Program-made: the position numbers and the translations under genes
The notes under the pieces: model-generated
Told to the model about the DNA's origin: nothing
The model's database searches: none
What the model saw: only the letters and a program-made list of their open reading frames with translations
IMG/VR virus record: IMGVR_UViG_3300045988_023906
Reading direction: 5' to 3' (one strand)
DNA length: 64,000 bases
From: a virus
Part shown: piece by piece, positions 17,152 through 27,318 of the stretch
How positions within the stretch are numbered: position 1 is the first letter of the stretch
How the letters are laid out: each line of letters begins with the position of its first letter

Positions 17152-18015
17152 ATGACACTACAGGAGTTTTCAGATGAATTTGATGTTCTCTACAATAATA
17201 TATCCAGTAACCAAGCTCCGGGCCTTAATGAGTATGAAAAGTCTGTGTTTCTCACAAAAGCTCAGAATGAGATAGTAAAGAACTACTTTACTTCTACCCA
17301 AGGAGGTAACAAGTACCAGCAAGGGTTTGATGATTCTGCCAAAAGACAAATAGATTTCTCTACTCTTCTAGTGCAAGAAGCCTGTCCCTTGATAAAGGTG
17401 GATTCCAAGAGGGGAACTGATATTTTGGAGGGTGTCACAATCCCCGGAAATATCTATGGCAGTGCTCCTGAAGCTGTATTATTCAATGCCCCTAGCTTTA
17501 TTGACAAAATACTGTTAGTGGTATCAGAAAGGATAATCATTAAGGATACAGATAATAATGTAGATAAGTATTATCAGGTAGTGCCTATAAAATTAGATAG
17601 TTTGCTTAATAACCTGAGCAAGCCCTATGGAAGACCTTTAAAGAGGCAAGTGTGGAGAGTTATAGAGACTTTTGGAGACCCTAAAGGGTCTGAAGGCCAG
17701 GCTGTAATTCCCACAAAGTACAATGGGTTCAGGTTTATATTGCATGATGCAGATGAGCAATTCCTAGGAGAATCTGGAGGTGAAAGTCCAGAGGATACCA
17801 AGGCCATTTACTTTATCACATATCTAATCAAGCCTAAACCAATAGTATTGGAGGACTTGGTTGGTGTATCAGTAGATGGTGAATCAGAGCAATCTCCATG
17901 TGTCTTGAATAGTGAACTACATCCTGAAATTCTTCAAAGGGCAGTAGAGTTAGCTAAATCTGCTTATATGGGAGATTTGAAAAGTAGTGTTGAACTGGGA
18001 CAAAGAAGTGAATAA
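17152..18015 (+). CDS. virion protein, paralog A of a tandem pair (head-tail joining candidate)
   Basis: The N-terminus MTLQEFSDEFDVLYNNISSNQAPGLNEYEKSVFLTKAQNEIV is clearly homologous to that of the next ORF. Confidence 0.45.
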   Translation: MTLQEFSDEFDVLYNNISSNQAPGLNEYEKSVFLTKAQNEIVKNYFTSTQGGNKYQQGFDDSAKRQIDFSTLLVQEACPLIKVDSKRGTDILEGVTIPGNIYGSAPEAVLFNAPSFIDKILLVVSERIIIKDTDNNVDKYYQVVPIKLDSLLNNLSKPYGRPLKRQVWRVIETFGDPKGSEGQAVIPTKYNGFRFILHDADEQFLGESGGESPEDTKAIYFITYLIKPKPIVLEDLVGVSVDGESEQSPCVLNSELHPEILQRAVELAKSAYMGDLKSSVELGQRSE

Positions 18016-18701
18016 TGACAACTGAGGAATTTTCTAATGAATTTGATGTTCTATTGAACAGCTACTCTTCAGGTGGAATTGAGTTCAATGAGTATGAGAA
18101 ATCAATCTTTCTTACAAAAGCCCAAGAAGACCTATTAGTGGAATTATACAATGGTAAGAATCCATTCAGAGAATCATTTGAAGAGACTGAGGAAATAAGG
18201 AGATACCTGAGCAACTTGGTAAAGACTTATACCACTACTGAAAAAATAGCAGACATTACTGGAATATCTGATAAGTCTGTATTCTTCAAGTTACCTAGTG
18301 ACTTGTGGTTTATAGTTTATGAATCAGTTGAGCTGAGGGATGATAAGCTAGGCTGTAAGGATGGTAACCAAGTACTTGTGGTACCCACTACCTTGGATGA
18401 TTACTACAATACATATAACAATCCATTCAGGGGTCCGGGATACAGGAGAGTCCTGAGACTTGATATTGATAATGGGATTGCAGAAATAGTATCAAAGTAT
18501 AATATAAGCAGGTACTTAGTCAGGTACCTATCTAAACCCAATCCAATTATATTGGTAGCACTGCCTGCCCATCTAAACATAAATGGAGAAAGCAAGATAA
18601 CAGAGTGTGATTTACATCCTGCATTGCATAGGGTAATACTTGATAGGGCAGTAGGACTTGCAATAGCAAGCAAGGGTTTGGATACAAACAGAACAAAATA
18701 A
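18015..18701 (+). CDS. virion protein, paralog B of a tandem pair
   Basis: MTTEEFSNEFDVLLNSYSSGGIEFNEYEKSIFLTKAQEDLL. The C-terminal ..LHPALHRVILDRAV parallels ..LHPEILQRAVELA of paralog A. Confidence 0.45.
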   Translation: MTTEEFSNEFDVLLNSYSSGGIEFNEYEKSIFLTKAQEDLLVELYNGKNPFRESFEETEEIRRYLSNLVKTYTTTEKIADITGISDKSVFFKLPSDLWFIVYESVELRDDKLGCKDGNQVLVVPTTLDDYYNTYNNPFRGPGYRRVLRLDIDNGIAEIVSKYNISRYLVRYLSKPNPIILVALPAHLNINGESKITECDLHPALHRVILDRAVGLAIASKGLDTNRTK

Positions 18702-18730
18702 ACTATTGTGTAATTTAATATTAAATTAAA

Positions 18731-19786
18731 ATGGCAACATTTAGCGTGAATCAGGTAAGGCAATTTTATGTAGCAACTGCATTTGAGACTCCCCATGTAA
18801 TTGAGTCTAATACTGCTGGTACTATTGCAGTATCAAATGATGCTGAAAAGAAACACCTGTATTTTGAATATAAGGGAGCTGATAACAGAATGAGAAGTGA
18901 CCTTATAGATATAGAAAACATTCTCTATGCAAAGGCAACTAGTGCTGATAGCATGGCTTACAAGATGAAGTCAGCTACCATAGCATTGGATTCAAGTGTT
19001 AATGGTGGTGCTCCAGTTGCAGGTCAGGATTATATCCTAAGAATTGCATTTAAACAGTATGTGGGCATGTCTGATGAGGACCAATACTTCAAATATGGCA
19101 TAGTTCATGCTTATTCTGGCATGACTGCTGATGTGTTCTACAAGACTCTTGCTCAATCTATTGCTAAGAACTTTAGCAGGGAAATAGTTCCCTTGATTAA
19201 GATTGAGGTACATAGTGCTGCAACCAAGAGCAAGGAAGGATTTGATGCAAATGGTTATATGACAGTAACTCCTTCTACTAAGGATAATGGCAAGAGTGAT
19301 AGTACTAACCCATACTATGATGGTACTTCAGCAATTGTAGCTGACATTGACAGCATCAGAATTACTGAGGTAGAACAGCCTTGGAGATTAGGTGTTATGT
19401 CTCAGACACCAGTATATTTCACTGTACAGCCAGTTGAAATAATTGTAGATGGAGATGAGAGAATTTGGGGCACTGTAGAGATGGGTACCAATGGTACAAT
19501 AGGTAATGGTAAGGTTATTGCAGACTTAGAGTACTTCTGTATGGGTGAAAGAGGAGACATCTACAGAGGCATTGGCTGGCCTAACAACATTCCTACCACT
19601 TATCTGATAGACCCAAGCAAGACATATAATGTGCTTGATATACACTATGCCTATGTAGGCAGCAATGAGTCAGTACAAAAGTCTGAAAAGACAATAACTA
19701 TTGCTTGTGCAGATAAAGTAGTTCTCAATCAGATAATCAGTGCAGTGAAAACTGCTACAGGACTTACTATTGCAGACATCTCCTAA
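18731..19786 (+). CDS. abundant-looking virion protein of unknown role
   Basis: 351-aa ORF followed by a strong terminator. Confidence 0.4.
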   Translation: MATFSVNQVRQFYVATAFETPHVIESNTAGTIAVSNDAEKKHLYFEYKGADNRMRSDLIDIENILYAKATSADSMAYKMKSATIALDSSVNGGAPVAGQDYILRIAFKQYVGMSDEDQYFKYGIVHAYSGMTADVFYKTLAQSIAKNFSREIVPLIKIEVHSAATKSKEGFDANGYMTVTPSTKDNGKSDSTNPYYDGTSAIVADIDSIRITEVEQPWRLGVMSQTPVYFTVQPVEIIVDGDERIWGTVEMGTNGTIGNGKVIADLEYFCMGERGDIYRGIGWPNNIPTTYLIDPSKTYNVLDIHYAYVGSNESVQKSEKTITIACADKVVLNQIISAVKTATGLTIADIS

Positions 19787-19801
19787 AAGCGAGATACAAA
19801 T

Positions 19802-19830
19802 AAGGAGACTTTTATAGTCTCCTTTTTTTA
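19802..19830 (+). terminator. intrinsic terminator
   Basis: aaggagact-tttat-agtctcctt gives a 9-bp stem, followed by a T5 run. Confidence 0.75.
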
Positions 19831-19849
19831 TTTACCTAATTTGTGTAAT

Positions 19850-20422
19850 ATGATAAGATTTGCTACATTAAAAGCCTCAGGAGAATGCAGGCAGTTGGTA
19901 ATTGATGCTTCTATAGAAGCATACTCCTTCTATGATGATGTCTATATTGACTCAGTAGTCATAGATACTCAGGATACCTTCATGACCTCTGGGCCATCAT
20001 CAAGCAGTGTATATACAAAAAGCATTGATGGTAATTCCAAGCATGTGACATTAATCCTAGACAAGACAGATTTCAATGCAGCAGTAGATTTTGGTAAGGA
20101 CTTATTCTTTGTCTATATTACTGTCAAAGGTACAATGGCACCTGATACTCCATGTGGGTATGACAGATATTATGATTTAGGAATAGCTGTCAATATGCAT
20201 AACCTTTATAAGTCACTGATGGGTGGCATCAGACAGGTAGAGGAGACTTGCAATATTCCCAAGCAGCTTATAGACAAATACCTTCAACTGAAGGCTTTTA
20301 CTACTTCCTTAAAGACAGGGAACTATACTTTGGCAATAAAGTATTGGAACAAGTTCTTTAGGAACTGTGTGATAACAGATGATACAAGTACTAAATGTGA
20401 GTGTTCATTATGGATAACTTAA
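19850..20422 (+). CDS. hypothetical virion protein
   Basis: ATG at 19850 (MIRFATLK); the track start 19841 is TTG. Confidence 0.4.
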   Translation: MIRFATLKASGECRQLVIDASIEAYSFYDDVYIDSVVIDTQDTFMTSGPSSSSVYTKSIDGNSKHVTLILDKTDFNAAVDFGKDLFFVYITVKGTMAPDTPCGYDRYYDLGIAVNMHNLYKSLMGGIRQVEETCNIPKQLIDKYLQLKAFTTSLKTGNYTLAIKYWNKFFRNCVITDDTSTKCECSLWIT

Positions 20423-20748
20423 GTAATGTATTGGAAAGGGCATTAACTACATACTTCAATGTACTTTCAAGTACAGGATATGTGTGTTATAATGATGTCA
20501 ATAAGTTACTGCTTTTGTCCTTGATAGAAGAGCTTACTAGTGGCCCAATGTCTGCCTTTATAGATGATAAGGACTACAATAGCATGAATAATGCCCTATA
20601 TTGTATATTTGGTACTTCATGCCTGATACCATATCCTCCTACTGAGGAAAGCTCTGCTGTGTATGGTGAAGAGGGATCTATCAGAATATCTGAGGATGGC
20701 ATGATAAGATTCACACAAGATAACAAACCTAGAACTCCTGCTATATAA
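20410..20748 (+). CDS. hypothetical protein
   Basis: ATG at 20410 (MDNLSNV); the track start 20401 is GTG. It overlaps the previous gene by 13 nt. Confidence 0.4.
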   Translation: MDNLSNVLERALTTYFNVLSSTGYVCYNDVNKLLLLSLIEELTSGPMSAFIDDKDYNSMNNALYCIFGTSCLIPYPPTEESSAVYGEEGSIRISEDGMIRFTQDNKPRTPAI

Positions 20749-20784
20749 GTTATATATTTGCTTACTGCAAAAGATTCAATTAAA

Positions 20785-20834
20785 ACTATTGCAATATTGA
20801 TTATAAATATCTATATTTGCAATAGTTTTTTATT
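20785..20834 (+). promoter_or_regulatory. 10-bp perfect inverted repeat (actattgcaa / ttgcaatagt) with T-run, overlapping a TATATTTGCA promoter-like box
   Basis: Arms at 20785-20794 and 20817-20826, a 22-nt loop, then tttttatt. A TAnnTTTG-like box lies at 20812-20819. Confidence 0.4.
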
Positions 20835-20859
20835 TATTAATAAGCATGCATATATAGTT

Positions 20860-21534
20860 ATGACATACAGAGAATTAGTTTATTTATGTCTGGATGAGGT
20901 AAAGAGTATATCAGATGACTCTACTTTCAATGAGAATCATATTATACTTTTGGCAGATAAGTATAGGGCATTCCTTATAAAGCAAAGATATTCTGATGTT
21001 AAGAAGCATATACCTGAAAGCAACTATCAGACTATATGTCTGGATTTGACCAAATCAGTATCTCCTTCTGATTCATGTGGCAGAACCTATCTTATGAGTA
21101 AGGAAGAGGTACCTAATATATTAAGTGTCAGTAATACCAGAGTATATCCTATTGATTTCTATCAGGATAGTATAACCTTCATAAGCAGGGATAGGATGAG
21201 ATATGTAGGATATGACAAATATCTACAGAACATAATATATTGCTCTCTTGCTCCGGATAACCACTTGTATTTAATCTCTATGAATCCCCAATTCCTTTAC
21301 CTCTCCAAGATAAAGGTAACTGCTATATTTGAAGATGCCAGCATAGCCTCTGAATTGGAATGTGGAGACAATAAGGAGTGTGATGTGCTTGATAGGAAAT
21401 TTCCTATTGAGGAGAGCCTTGTTACTCCCCTTGTAAGTCTTATAGTAGGAGAGGTGCTGGGTGCTAAATACAGACCTGATGATAATAAGAACAATGCTAA
21501 GGATGATTCATCTGATGTTTCAGTAAAGCAGTAA
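20860..21534 (+). CDS. hypothetical virion protein (tail-stabilisation position in crAss-like synteny)
   Basis: Start moved to ATG 20860 (MTYRELVYL). The track's TTG start at 20758 would read through the AT-rich hairpin/promoter region. Confidence 0.4.
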   Translation: MTYRELVYLCLDEVKSISDDSTFNENHIILLADKYRAFLIKQRYSDVKKHIPESNYQTICLDLTKSVSPSDSCGRTYLMSKEEVPNILSVSNTRVYPIDFYQDSITFISRDRMRYVGYDKYLQNIIYCSLAPDNHLYLISMNPQFLYLSKIKVTAIFEDASIASELECGDNKECDVLDRKFPIEESLVTPLVSLIVGEVLGAKYRPDDNKNNAKDDSSDVSVKQ

Positions 21535-21537
21535 CCT

Positions 21538-22092
21538 ATGAGTGATTGTCAAGAAGAGTATAAGAAATGGAAGGAGTTTAGGACATCAGTGTGCCACTTG
21601 AATGAACATAGAACACATAAGGTATCAGGTTCCTTGGGTGTATATGATGCCTATAAGTATATAAGGAAAAACAAGTGGTTTGACATAGGCAGGCCATTGA
21701 CTGAGCATGAGTTTTACAGCATTATAAGAAGGGTCAACAACTATCTGGCTGAAAAGCTGCTTAAAGGACATGATATTAGTCTTCCTCATAGGATGGGAAG
21801 ACTGGAGCTGAGAAAATATGATGCCAAAATCTACCTTAAAGATAATAAGGTTATCACCAACTTGCCAATAGACTGGGATAAGACATTAAGGTTATGGTAT
21901 GAAGACAAGGAATCTTATGATAATAGGACTTTAGTTAGAATAGAGGAGAAAGAGGTATTTAAAATCCATTATAATAGAAGTAAGGCAAACTATAATAACC
22001 AAACCTTTTATGAGTTCAATCCCAATAGAGAATTAAGGAAAGAATTGAAGAAGAGGATAAAAGATGGCAAGATTGATGCCTTCAAGTGTTAA
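21538..22092 (+). CDS. HU/IHF-like DNA-binding protein (crAss-like conserved)
   Basis: PLTEHEFYSIIRRVNNYLAEKLLKGHDISLPHRMGRLELRKYDAK fits the helix-helix-beta-arm pattern of the HU/IHF fold. An IHF-like gene is known in the crAss structural block. Confidence 0.4.
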   Translation: MSDCQEEYKKWKEFRTSVCHLNEHRTHKVSGSLGVYDAYKYIRKNKWFDIGRPLTEHEFYSIIRRVNNYLAEKLLKGHDISLPHRMGRLELRKYDAKIYLKDNKVITNLPIDWDKTLRLWYEDKESYDNRTLVRIEEKEVFKIHYNRSKANYNNQTFYEFNPNRELRKELKKRIKDGKIDAFKC

Positions 22093-22128
22093 ACTAAAGG
22101 ATTGTAGAAATTTAATTGAGATGGATAA

Positions 22129-22836
22129 ATGATTAATAATATTCAATATACTAACATCAGACAGATACTGGATAGACTGAAAAGGCATCCTCTATTGCAG
22201 AACCTTACACTTGAACAAGTGGTATCCCACCTAGTTACATTTATTGGGATATTTGGAATGCCAGAGTTATATTTAAATAAGGAGAGTGTACTGCATATAG
22301 AAGAGTTTAGGGCCATATTGCCCTGTGACCTTGTATCCATAAATCAGGTGAAGGAGTGTAAGACTGGGATATGTTTAAGGAGTATGACAGATAATTTCAT
22401 GCCTAGAGAACATCGTGATAAGTATGAAGGACATAAAAGGCCGCAAGAGTTTGCCTTTAAGACACAAGGCAGAGTAATATATACTTCCTTCAAGTCAGGA
22501 GATATAATAGTCTCATATAAGTCTGTTCCAATAGATGAGGATGGGTTTCCATTGCTCATAGACAATCCTGTGTTTATGAGAACACTTGAGCTATATATTA
22601 AGATGGAAGAGTTCACTACTTTGTTTGATATGGGAAAGATTCCTCCTGCTGTATTACAGAACACCCAACAACAATATGCTTGGTCAGCAGGACAATTACA
22701 GAGTGAATTTACTATACCATCACAATCTGAAATGGAATCAATAAGCAGAATGTGGAATACTCTTATTCAAAGGACAAGTGAGTTTGATAATGGATTCTCT
22801 TCTCTTGGCAATAAAGAGTATATAAAATTGCAATAG
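22129..22836 (+). CDS. hypothetical virion protein
   Basis: 235-aa ORF, tightly followed by the 1453-aa tail gene. Confidence 0.4.
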   Translation: MINNIQYTNIRQILDRLKRHPLLQNLTLEQVVSHLVTFIGIFGMPELYLNKESVLHIEEFRAILPCDLVSINQVKECKTGICLRSMTDNFMPREHRDKYEGHKRPQEFAFKTQGRVIYTSFKSGDIIVSYKSVPIDEDGFPLLIDNPVFMRTLELYIKMEEFTTLFDMGKIPPAVLQNTQQQYAWSAGQLQSEFTIPSQSEMESISRMWNTLIQRTSEFDNGFSSLGNKEYIKLQ

Positions 22837-22837
22837 T

Positions 22838-25800
22838 ATGATAAAGAAATCTACATGGCAGATAAAAGGTATGCAGAGGGACTTGTCTGTAAGCAAATTC
22901 TCTTCTGAGTATGCTTATGAGAACAAGAATATAAGGATAATGTCTACTGATGATAATACCCTGCTCAGCATAGTAAATGAGAAGGGTACTAAAGAGGTAT
23001 CAAACATAGAAGGTATAGACTCTATAAAGGGATTACCTATAGGACAAGCTACAATTAATGGTTATCTAGTACTGTTCACTACAGACCAAGACAATGGAAA
23101 AGATTACATATATAAGATATGGTTTGACAAGGACAGCTTGCATGGAGTAATATTATATGATAGTAACAAAGGTAATCTTAACTTTAATCCTCTATATCCT
23201 ATAGAGACATTGTCATTCTATGAAGATGATAACATACAGAAAGTATATTGGACTGATGGATTAAACCAGCCCAGAGTTATCAATATTACTTCTATAGAAG
23301 ATTACACACCCAATTCTTTTGACTTTGTTATGAGTTTGAATCCCGGTTCAACTGTTAACATAACCAATATAGAAAAAGGGTATAGTGGGATATTCCCGTC
23401 AGGGGTAATACAATATTGTGTTACAGTCTATACCAAGAATGCTCAGGAGTCCAATATACTGGCTATATCTCCTCTATATTACATAACAAAGTATGATAAT
23501 GGAGGTAGTCCTGAGGATTCTTTATCTGTGAGTTTTAATGTAACAGTGTCTGTTAAAGATGTTGCATGTGAGTATGTCAGATTATATTCAATACTGAGAA
23601 CTACACAAGATTCAACTCCCATTGTCAAAAGAGTTCAAGATATAAAGTTATCTTCCTCTACTCAAATAATCAGTTTTACAGATACTGGTAATATTGGAGA
23701 GAGTATTGACCCTACTGAATTATTATACTTGGGAGGAGAAGACATATCTTGTGGTACAATGTGCCAAAAGGACAATACATTATTCTTAGGAAATATCAAT
23801 GTTAATAGAATTGAGCCTGATAGCTCTATTAGAGAGTACTTCAGAGGATTAAATGTAAACCTCAATACAGTTACCACAATTAATTTGGGAACACCTTCTG
23901 GATATTATCAACATGAGTTTCAGTTGAATAACAACTCTAGCACTATTAAGATATTTAAATATTTGGAGTGGTACAGATTTGGCATACAGTTTAAGCATAA
24001 GTCAGGCAGGTGGTCTTCTCCAGTATTCATAAAAGACGCTCAGATTACCAAAACACCCGGTACTAATGACTTATATGGTAGTTTTGGTGTTTCAAATCTG
24101 GTATTCTATAAGTGCATACCTGAGGTATCATTCAATGATGATACCATAATTGGTAAACTAAAGGATTTAGGATATATTGGATTCAGGCCTATAATAGTAT
24201 ATCCCTCTATAGGGGATAGAGAAGTAATATGCCAAGGAGTTTTATGTCCCACTGTTTATAATGTTGGTGACAGATTCAGTAATTCCCCATTTGTACAGTC
24301 TTCTTGGTTCTCAAGACCCAACATTCCCTTTGATGTGATAAGGTCAGAGTCTGGGGATGCAGGCTTGCCAGATGTGTCACCCATATTTGACATTCCTGAA
24401 AAGGCATTATATAGTGACCAAACCTTGTCAAGATATGGTGTAATAAATAATGATAAGCAGTTTTATTCTCCTAATGAGCTAGTTAAAATAAATATTTCCT
24501 TGGTTGATGCAGGTACTTGGGCTGAGTGTAGGCATAGTAGTCCTATACCGGGAAACACTCATAGGAATGCGGAGATACAGAATATATCCTACCCTCCTGC
24601 CACTCCACGCCTTGCAGGAGGAAACCATTTGCTGACAGATTTTAGTGAATATGTGGAGAAGCATAAACATGAGTTTTTTGTAGACCAATCAATAGTTACT
24701 CTTCATTCCCCAGATATTGAATTTAACAGTGAAGTTGAGAATTATGATATTTCCAAGTGTAAGCTGAGGATAATAGGTGCAACTTTGGTAACTGCCAGTG
24801 TAGGGGATATTGACATTGTAACTTCTACCACAGGAACTACCATGGTTGGCGCAGATAATGAGAAGTTCCCACCAACAGGGTTTTATAAGGAGTCTTGTGG
24901 TAGTGTCAACATATCCCCTTGGGCATTCAGAAGCCAATTGGCTAATATCAACTGGATAGATAATATTCAAAGAGACTTTGGTGATGTTATGCCCTCACAA
25001 TATAGAAGGATGCAGGCAGGCTTTGCCACATATCCTTGGCATAGGAGTGGAGGTCTTGATGGTACAGGCTGGGCAGATGAGAATGGATATAGACCTGCCA
25101 AGTTACAGTATAAGAGGCTATCCAATTTGAAATTCTCTGCCACTAACCTGTACCTTAGCAGTACTAGTACATGGGATTCAGGGGAACTTGCAGATGCACA
25201 GATTTTTAATTCAAACGAGGTTACTCCACTCAAATTGAAAGCTCAGGAGCATTCTGGAAAAGGCACTTTAGTGTACTATGGAAATGTAGATAAGATTACT
25301 TCAAATACTGAATATTCAGGTAGTGATTATTACCAGATTGTAACATCTTCCACCTATAATCAGAATGATGCCTCATATACTAACCACGACATATATGTTG
25401 GTGACTTTACACCTACCATACCTTTCACTAATAACTCAATAAATAAGGCATATGACCCTGTACACATAAAGTACAAGTCTACCCCTCATGCTGTTATTGT
25501 ACTTGAAGACAAGTACAACTTGAGTAAGTACTCATATAAGGTTTTGCCTACTATCATAGATGGTAATGATTATGGAGAGCCTACATCTAGTAGTTGGCCT
25601 GTAAACCATGTTGCAATAACTCATGATGGTGCCCCTAACTTCTGGGATACTTTGGAAGTATACAACTCTGTGTCTCAGGATGTTATAGGAGACTTTGTAG
25701 GTACTGGTCCTAATAAGACAGTTAAAAGTATCCAATATGGCTGGTGGTGGTTAGCAGAATTATACAGAAGTGATGTCACTAATAGGTTTGGAGGAGAGTC

Positions 25801-27199
25801 TGATGATGCTATACAGAGTAATCAATGGTTACCATGTGGAGAAACTACCTATTTCTATGATGATGACTCCAGCCATACTTATCTTGTAAAGTACTTGGAA
25901 GGAGACACATACTTCCAAAGATATGACCATTTAAAGACTTATCCATTTACTTTGGAAGATGAAAACTCGGTGACTGAGATAATGTCATTTATGTGTGAGA
26001 CAAGGGTAAATCTAGATGGCAGGTATGACAATAATAGAGGTAATACTTCTAATCTATATATAACCCCTGAGAACTTTAACAAGCTAAATCAAGTATACAA
26101 TCAAAAGGATAACTTCTTTACCTATAAGGTAAGTACTGATGATACTTCAGTATTGAACAAATTTCCTAATGTGGTTACTTGGACTAAGACTAAAACTGCT
26201 GGAGAACTTATTGATACTTGGACCAATATCACTCTTGCATCCACTCTTGATTTTGATGGTGATAAGGGTAGTATAACAGCTCTGAGAATGCATAATAATA
26301 ATATCCTTGCTTTTCAAGATAAAGGCATTAGTCAGATATTGTATAATGAGAATGTGCAGATTTCTCCCACTAATGGAGTGCCTATTGAAATTGCCAACAG
26401 TGGAAAAGTTACTGGTAAGAGGTACTTATCTGATAGTATAGGATGTTCTAATAAGTGGTCTATATGCAGGACACCTAATGGTACCTATTTTATAGATGAT
26501 ATTACCAAAGGTATCTTCCTACTTAACAACCAGTTGGATAACATCTCTGATAGGCTTGGATTCCATTCATGGATTAACAGTAGGTCAACTGGAATAAATG
26601 TATGGAATCCTAAAGACTTTAGTGGATTTGTAACATACTATGATAAGGTAAATGGAGATGTATTCTTCATAAGCAAGGATGAGTGCTTGGCATTTTCAGA
26701 ACCATTAGGCCAGTTCTCTTCATTCTACAGCTATGAGAATGTGCCATATTTCTCCAATATACTAGACAGGGGACTGTGGGTAAAGGATGGGAAGCTATGG
26801 CTGCACAATGAAGGTGATTATAATACCTTCTTTAACAGTTACCAGCCTTTCTATACTACTGTCATATCCAATCCTGATATGACCCAAGATAAGATATTCA
26901 ACACTCTTGAGTTCAGGGCAGACAGTTGGAACAGTGAAGGCAAGCTATTGGATACAACCTATGATACTCTCAGTGTTTGGAATGAATACCAAAGTGGTGA
27001 ATCCAAGCTTACCCATGTACTTGGAAGACCTTCAAGTCTCAAGAAGAAGTTCAGGATATGGAGGGCTAATATACCAAGGGATAAATCAAACAATAAAGAC
27101 AGGATGAGAAATCCTTGGTTATATCTTAAGCTATCTATGGAATCTGAAAATACAAATAAGACCATATTGCATGATATGGTGGTGCACTACTTTGAATAA
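22838..27199 (+). CDS. large tail structural protein (tail tube/muzzle-type, 1453 aa)
   Basis: Uninterrupted 4.4-kb ORF in the position of the large tail tubular protein of crAss-like phages. A strong terminator follows. Confidence 0.5.
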   Translation: MIKKSTWQIKGMQRDLSVSKFSSEYAYENKNIRIMSTDDNTLLSIVNEKGTKEVSNIEGIDSIKGLPIGQATINGYLVLFTTDQDNGKDYIYKIWFDKDSLHGVILYDSNKGNLNFNPLYPIETLSFYEDDNIQKVYWTDGLNQPRVINITSIEDYTPNSFDFVMSLNPGSTVNITNIEKGYSGIFPSGVIQYCVTVYTKNAQESNILAISPLYYITKYDNGGSPEDSLSVSFNVTVSVKDVACEYVRLYSILRTTQDSTPIVKRVQDIKLSSSTQIISFTDTGNIGESIDPTELLYLGGEDISCGTMCQKDNTLFLGNINVNRIEPDSSIREYFRGLNVNLNTVTTINLGTPSGYYQHEFQLNNNSSTIKIFKYLEWYRFGIQFKHKSGRWSSPVFIKDAQITKTPGTNDLYGSFGVSNLVFYKCIPEVSFNDDTIIGKLKDLGYIGFRPIIVYPSIGDREVICQGVLCPTVYNVGDRFSNSPFVQSSWFSRPNIPFDVIRSESGDAGLPDVSPIFDIPEKALYSDQTLSRYGVINNDKQFYSPNELVKINISLVDAGTWAECRHSSPIPGNTHRNAEIQNISYPPATPRLAGGNHLLTDFSEYVEKHKHEFFVDQSIVTLHSPDIEFNSEVENYDISKCKLRIIGATLVTASVGDIDIVTSTTGTTMVGADNEKFPPTGFYKESCGSVNISPWAFRSQLANINWIDNIQRDFGDVMPSQYRRMQAGFATYPWHRSGGLDGTGWADENGYRPAKLQYKRLSNLKFSATNLYLSSTSTWDSGELADAQIFNSNEVTPLKLKAQEHSGKGTLVYYGNVDKITSNTEYSGSDYYQIVTSSTYNQNDASYTNHDIYVGDFTPTIPFTNNSINKAYDPVHIKYKSTPHAVIVLEDKYNLSKYSYKVLPTIIDGNDYGEPTSSSWPVNHVAITHDGAPNFWDTLEVYNSVSQDVIGDFVGTGPNKTVKSIQYGWWWLAELYRSDVTNRFGGESDDAIQSNQWLPCGETTYFYDDDSSHTYLVKYLEGDTYFQRYDHLKTYPFTLEDENSVTEIMSFMCETRVNLDGRYDNNRGNTSNLYITPENFNKLNQVYNQKDNFFTYKVSTDDTSVLNKFPNVVTWTKTKTAGELIDTWTNITLASTLDFDGDKGSITALRMHNNNILAFQDKGISQILYNENVQISPTNGVPIEIANSGKVTGKRYLSDSIGCSNKWSICRTPNGTYFIDDITKGIFLLNNQLDNISDRLGFHSWINSRSTGINVWNPKDFSGFVTYYDKVNGDVFFISKDECLAFSEPLGQFSSFYSYENVPYFSNILDRGLWVKDGKLWLHNEGDYNTFFNSYQPFYTTVISNPDMTQDKIFNTLEFRADSWNSEGKLLDTTYDTLSVWNEYQSGESKLTHVLGRPSSLKKKFRIWRANIPRDKSNNKDRMRNPWLYLKLSMESENTNKTILHDMVVHYFE

Positions 27200-27217
27200 C
27201 TTGATAGAGATAGCCTG

Positions 27218-27257
27218 AAGGGAAGATAAGTAATAAACTTATCTTCCCTTTACTTTT
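27218..27257 (+). terminator. intrinsic terminator
   Basis: aagggaagataagt-aataa-acttatcttccctt gives a 14-bp stem, followed by tacttttt. Confidence 0.8.
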
Positions 27258-27269
27258 TAAATAATATTC

Positions 27270-27302
27270 TTGTATAATTCTGATACTTTACTTATCTTTG
27301 CA
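27270..27302 (+). promoter_or_regulatory. Bacteroidota-type promoter (CTTG-N20-TATCTTTGCA)
   Basis: TTG at 27270-72 and TATCTTTG at 27293-300. ACTTTACTTATCTTTGCA (27285-27302) matches 13231-13248 at 17 of 18 positions. It lies 19 nt upstream of ATG 27319. Confidence 0.65.
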
Positions 27303-27318
27303 AATAAATTATTATAAC

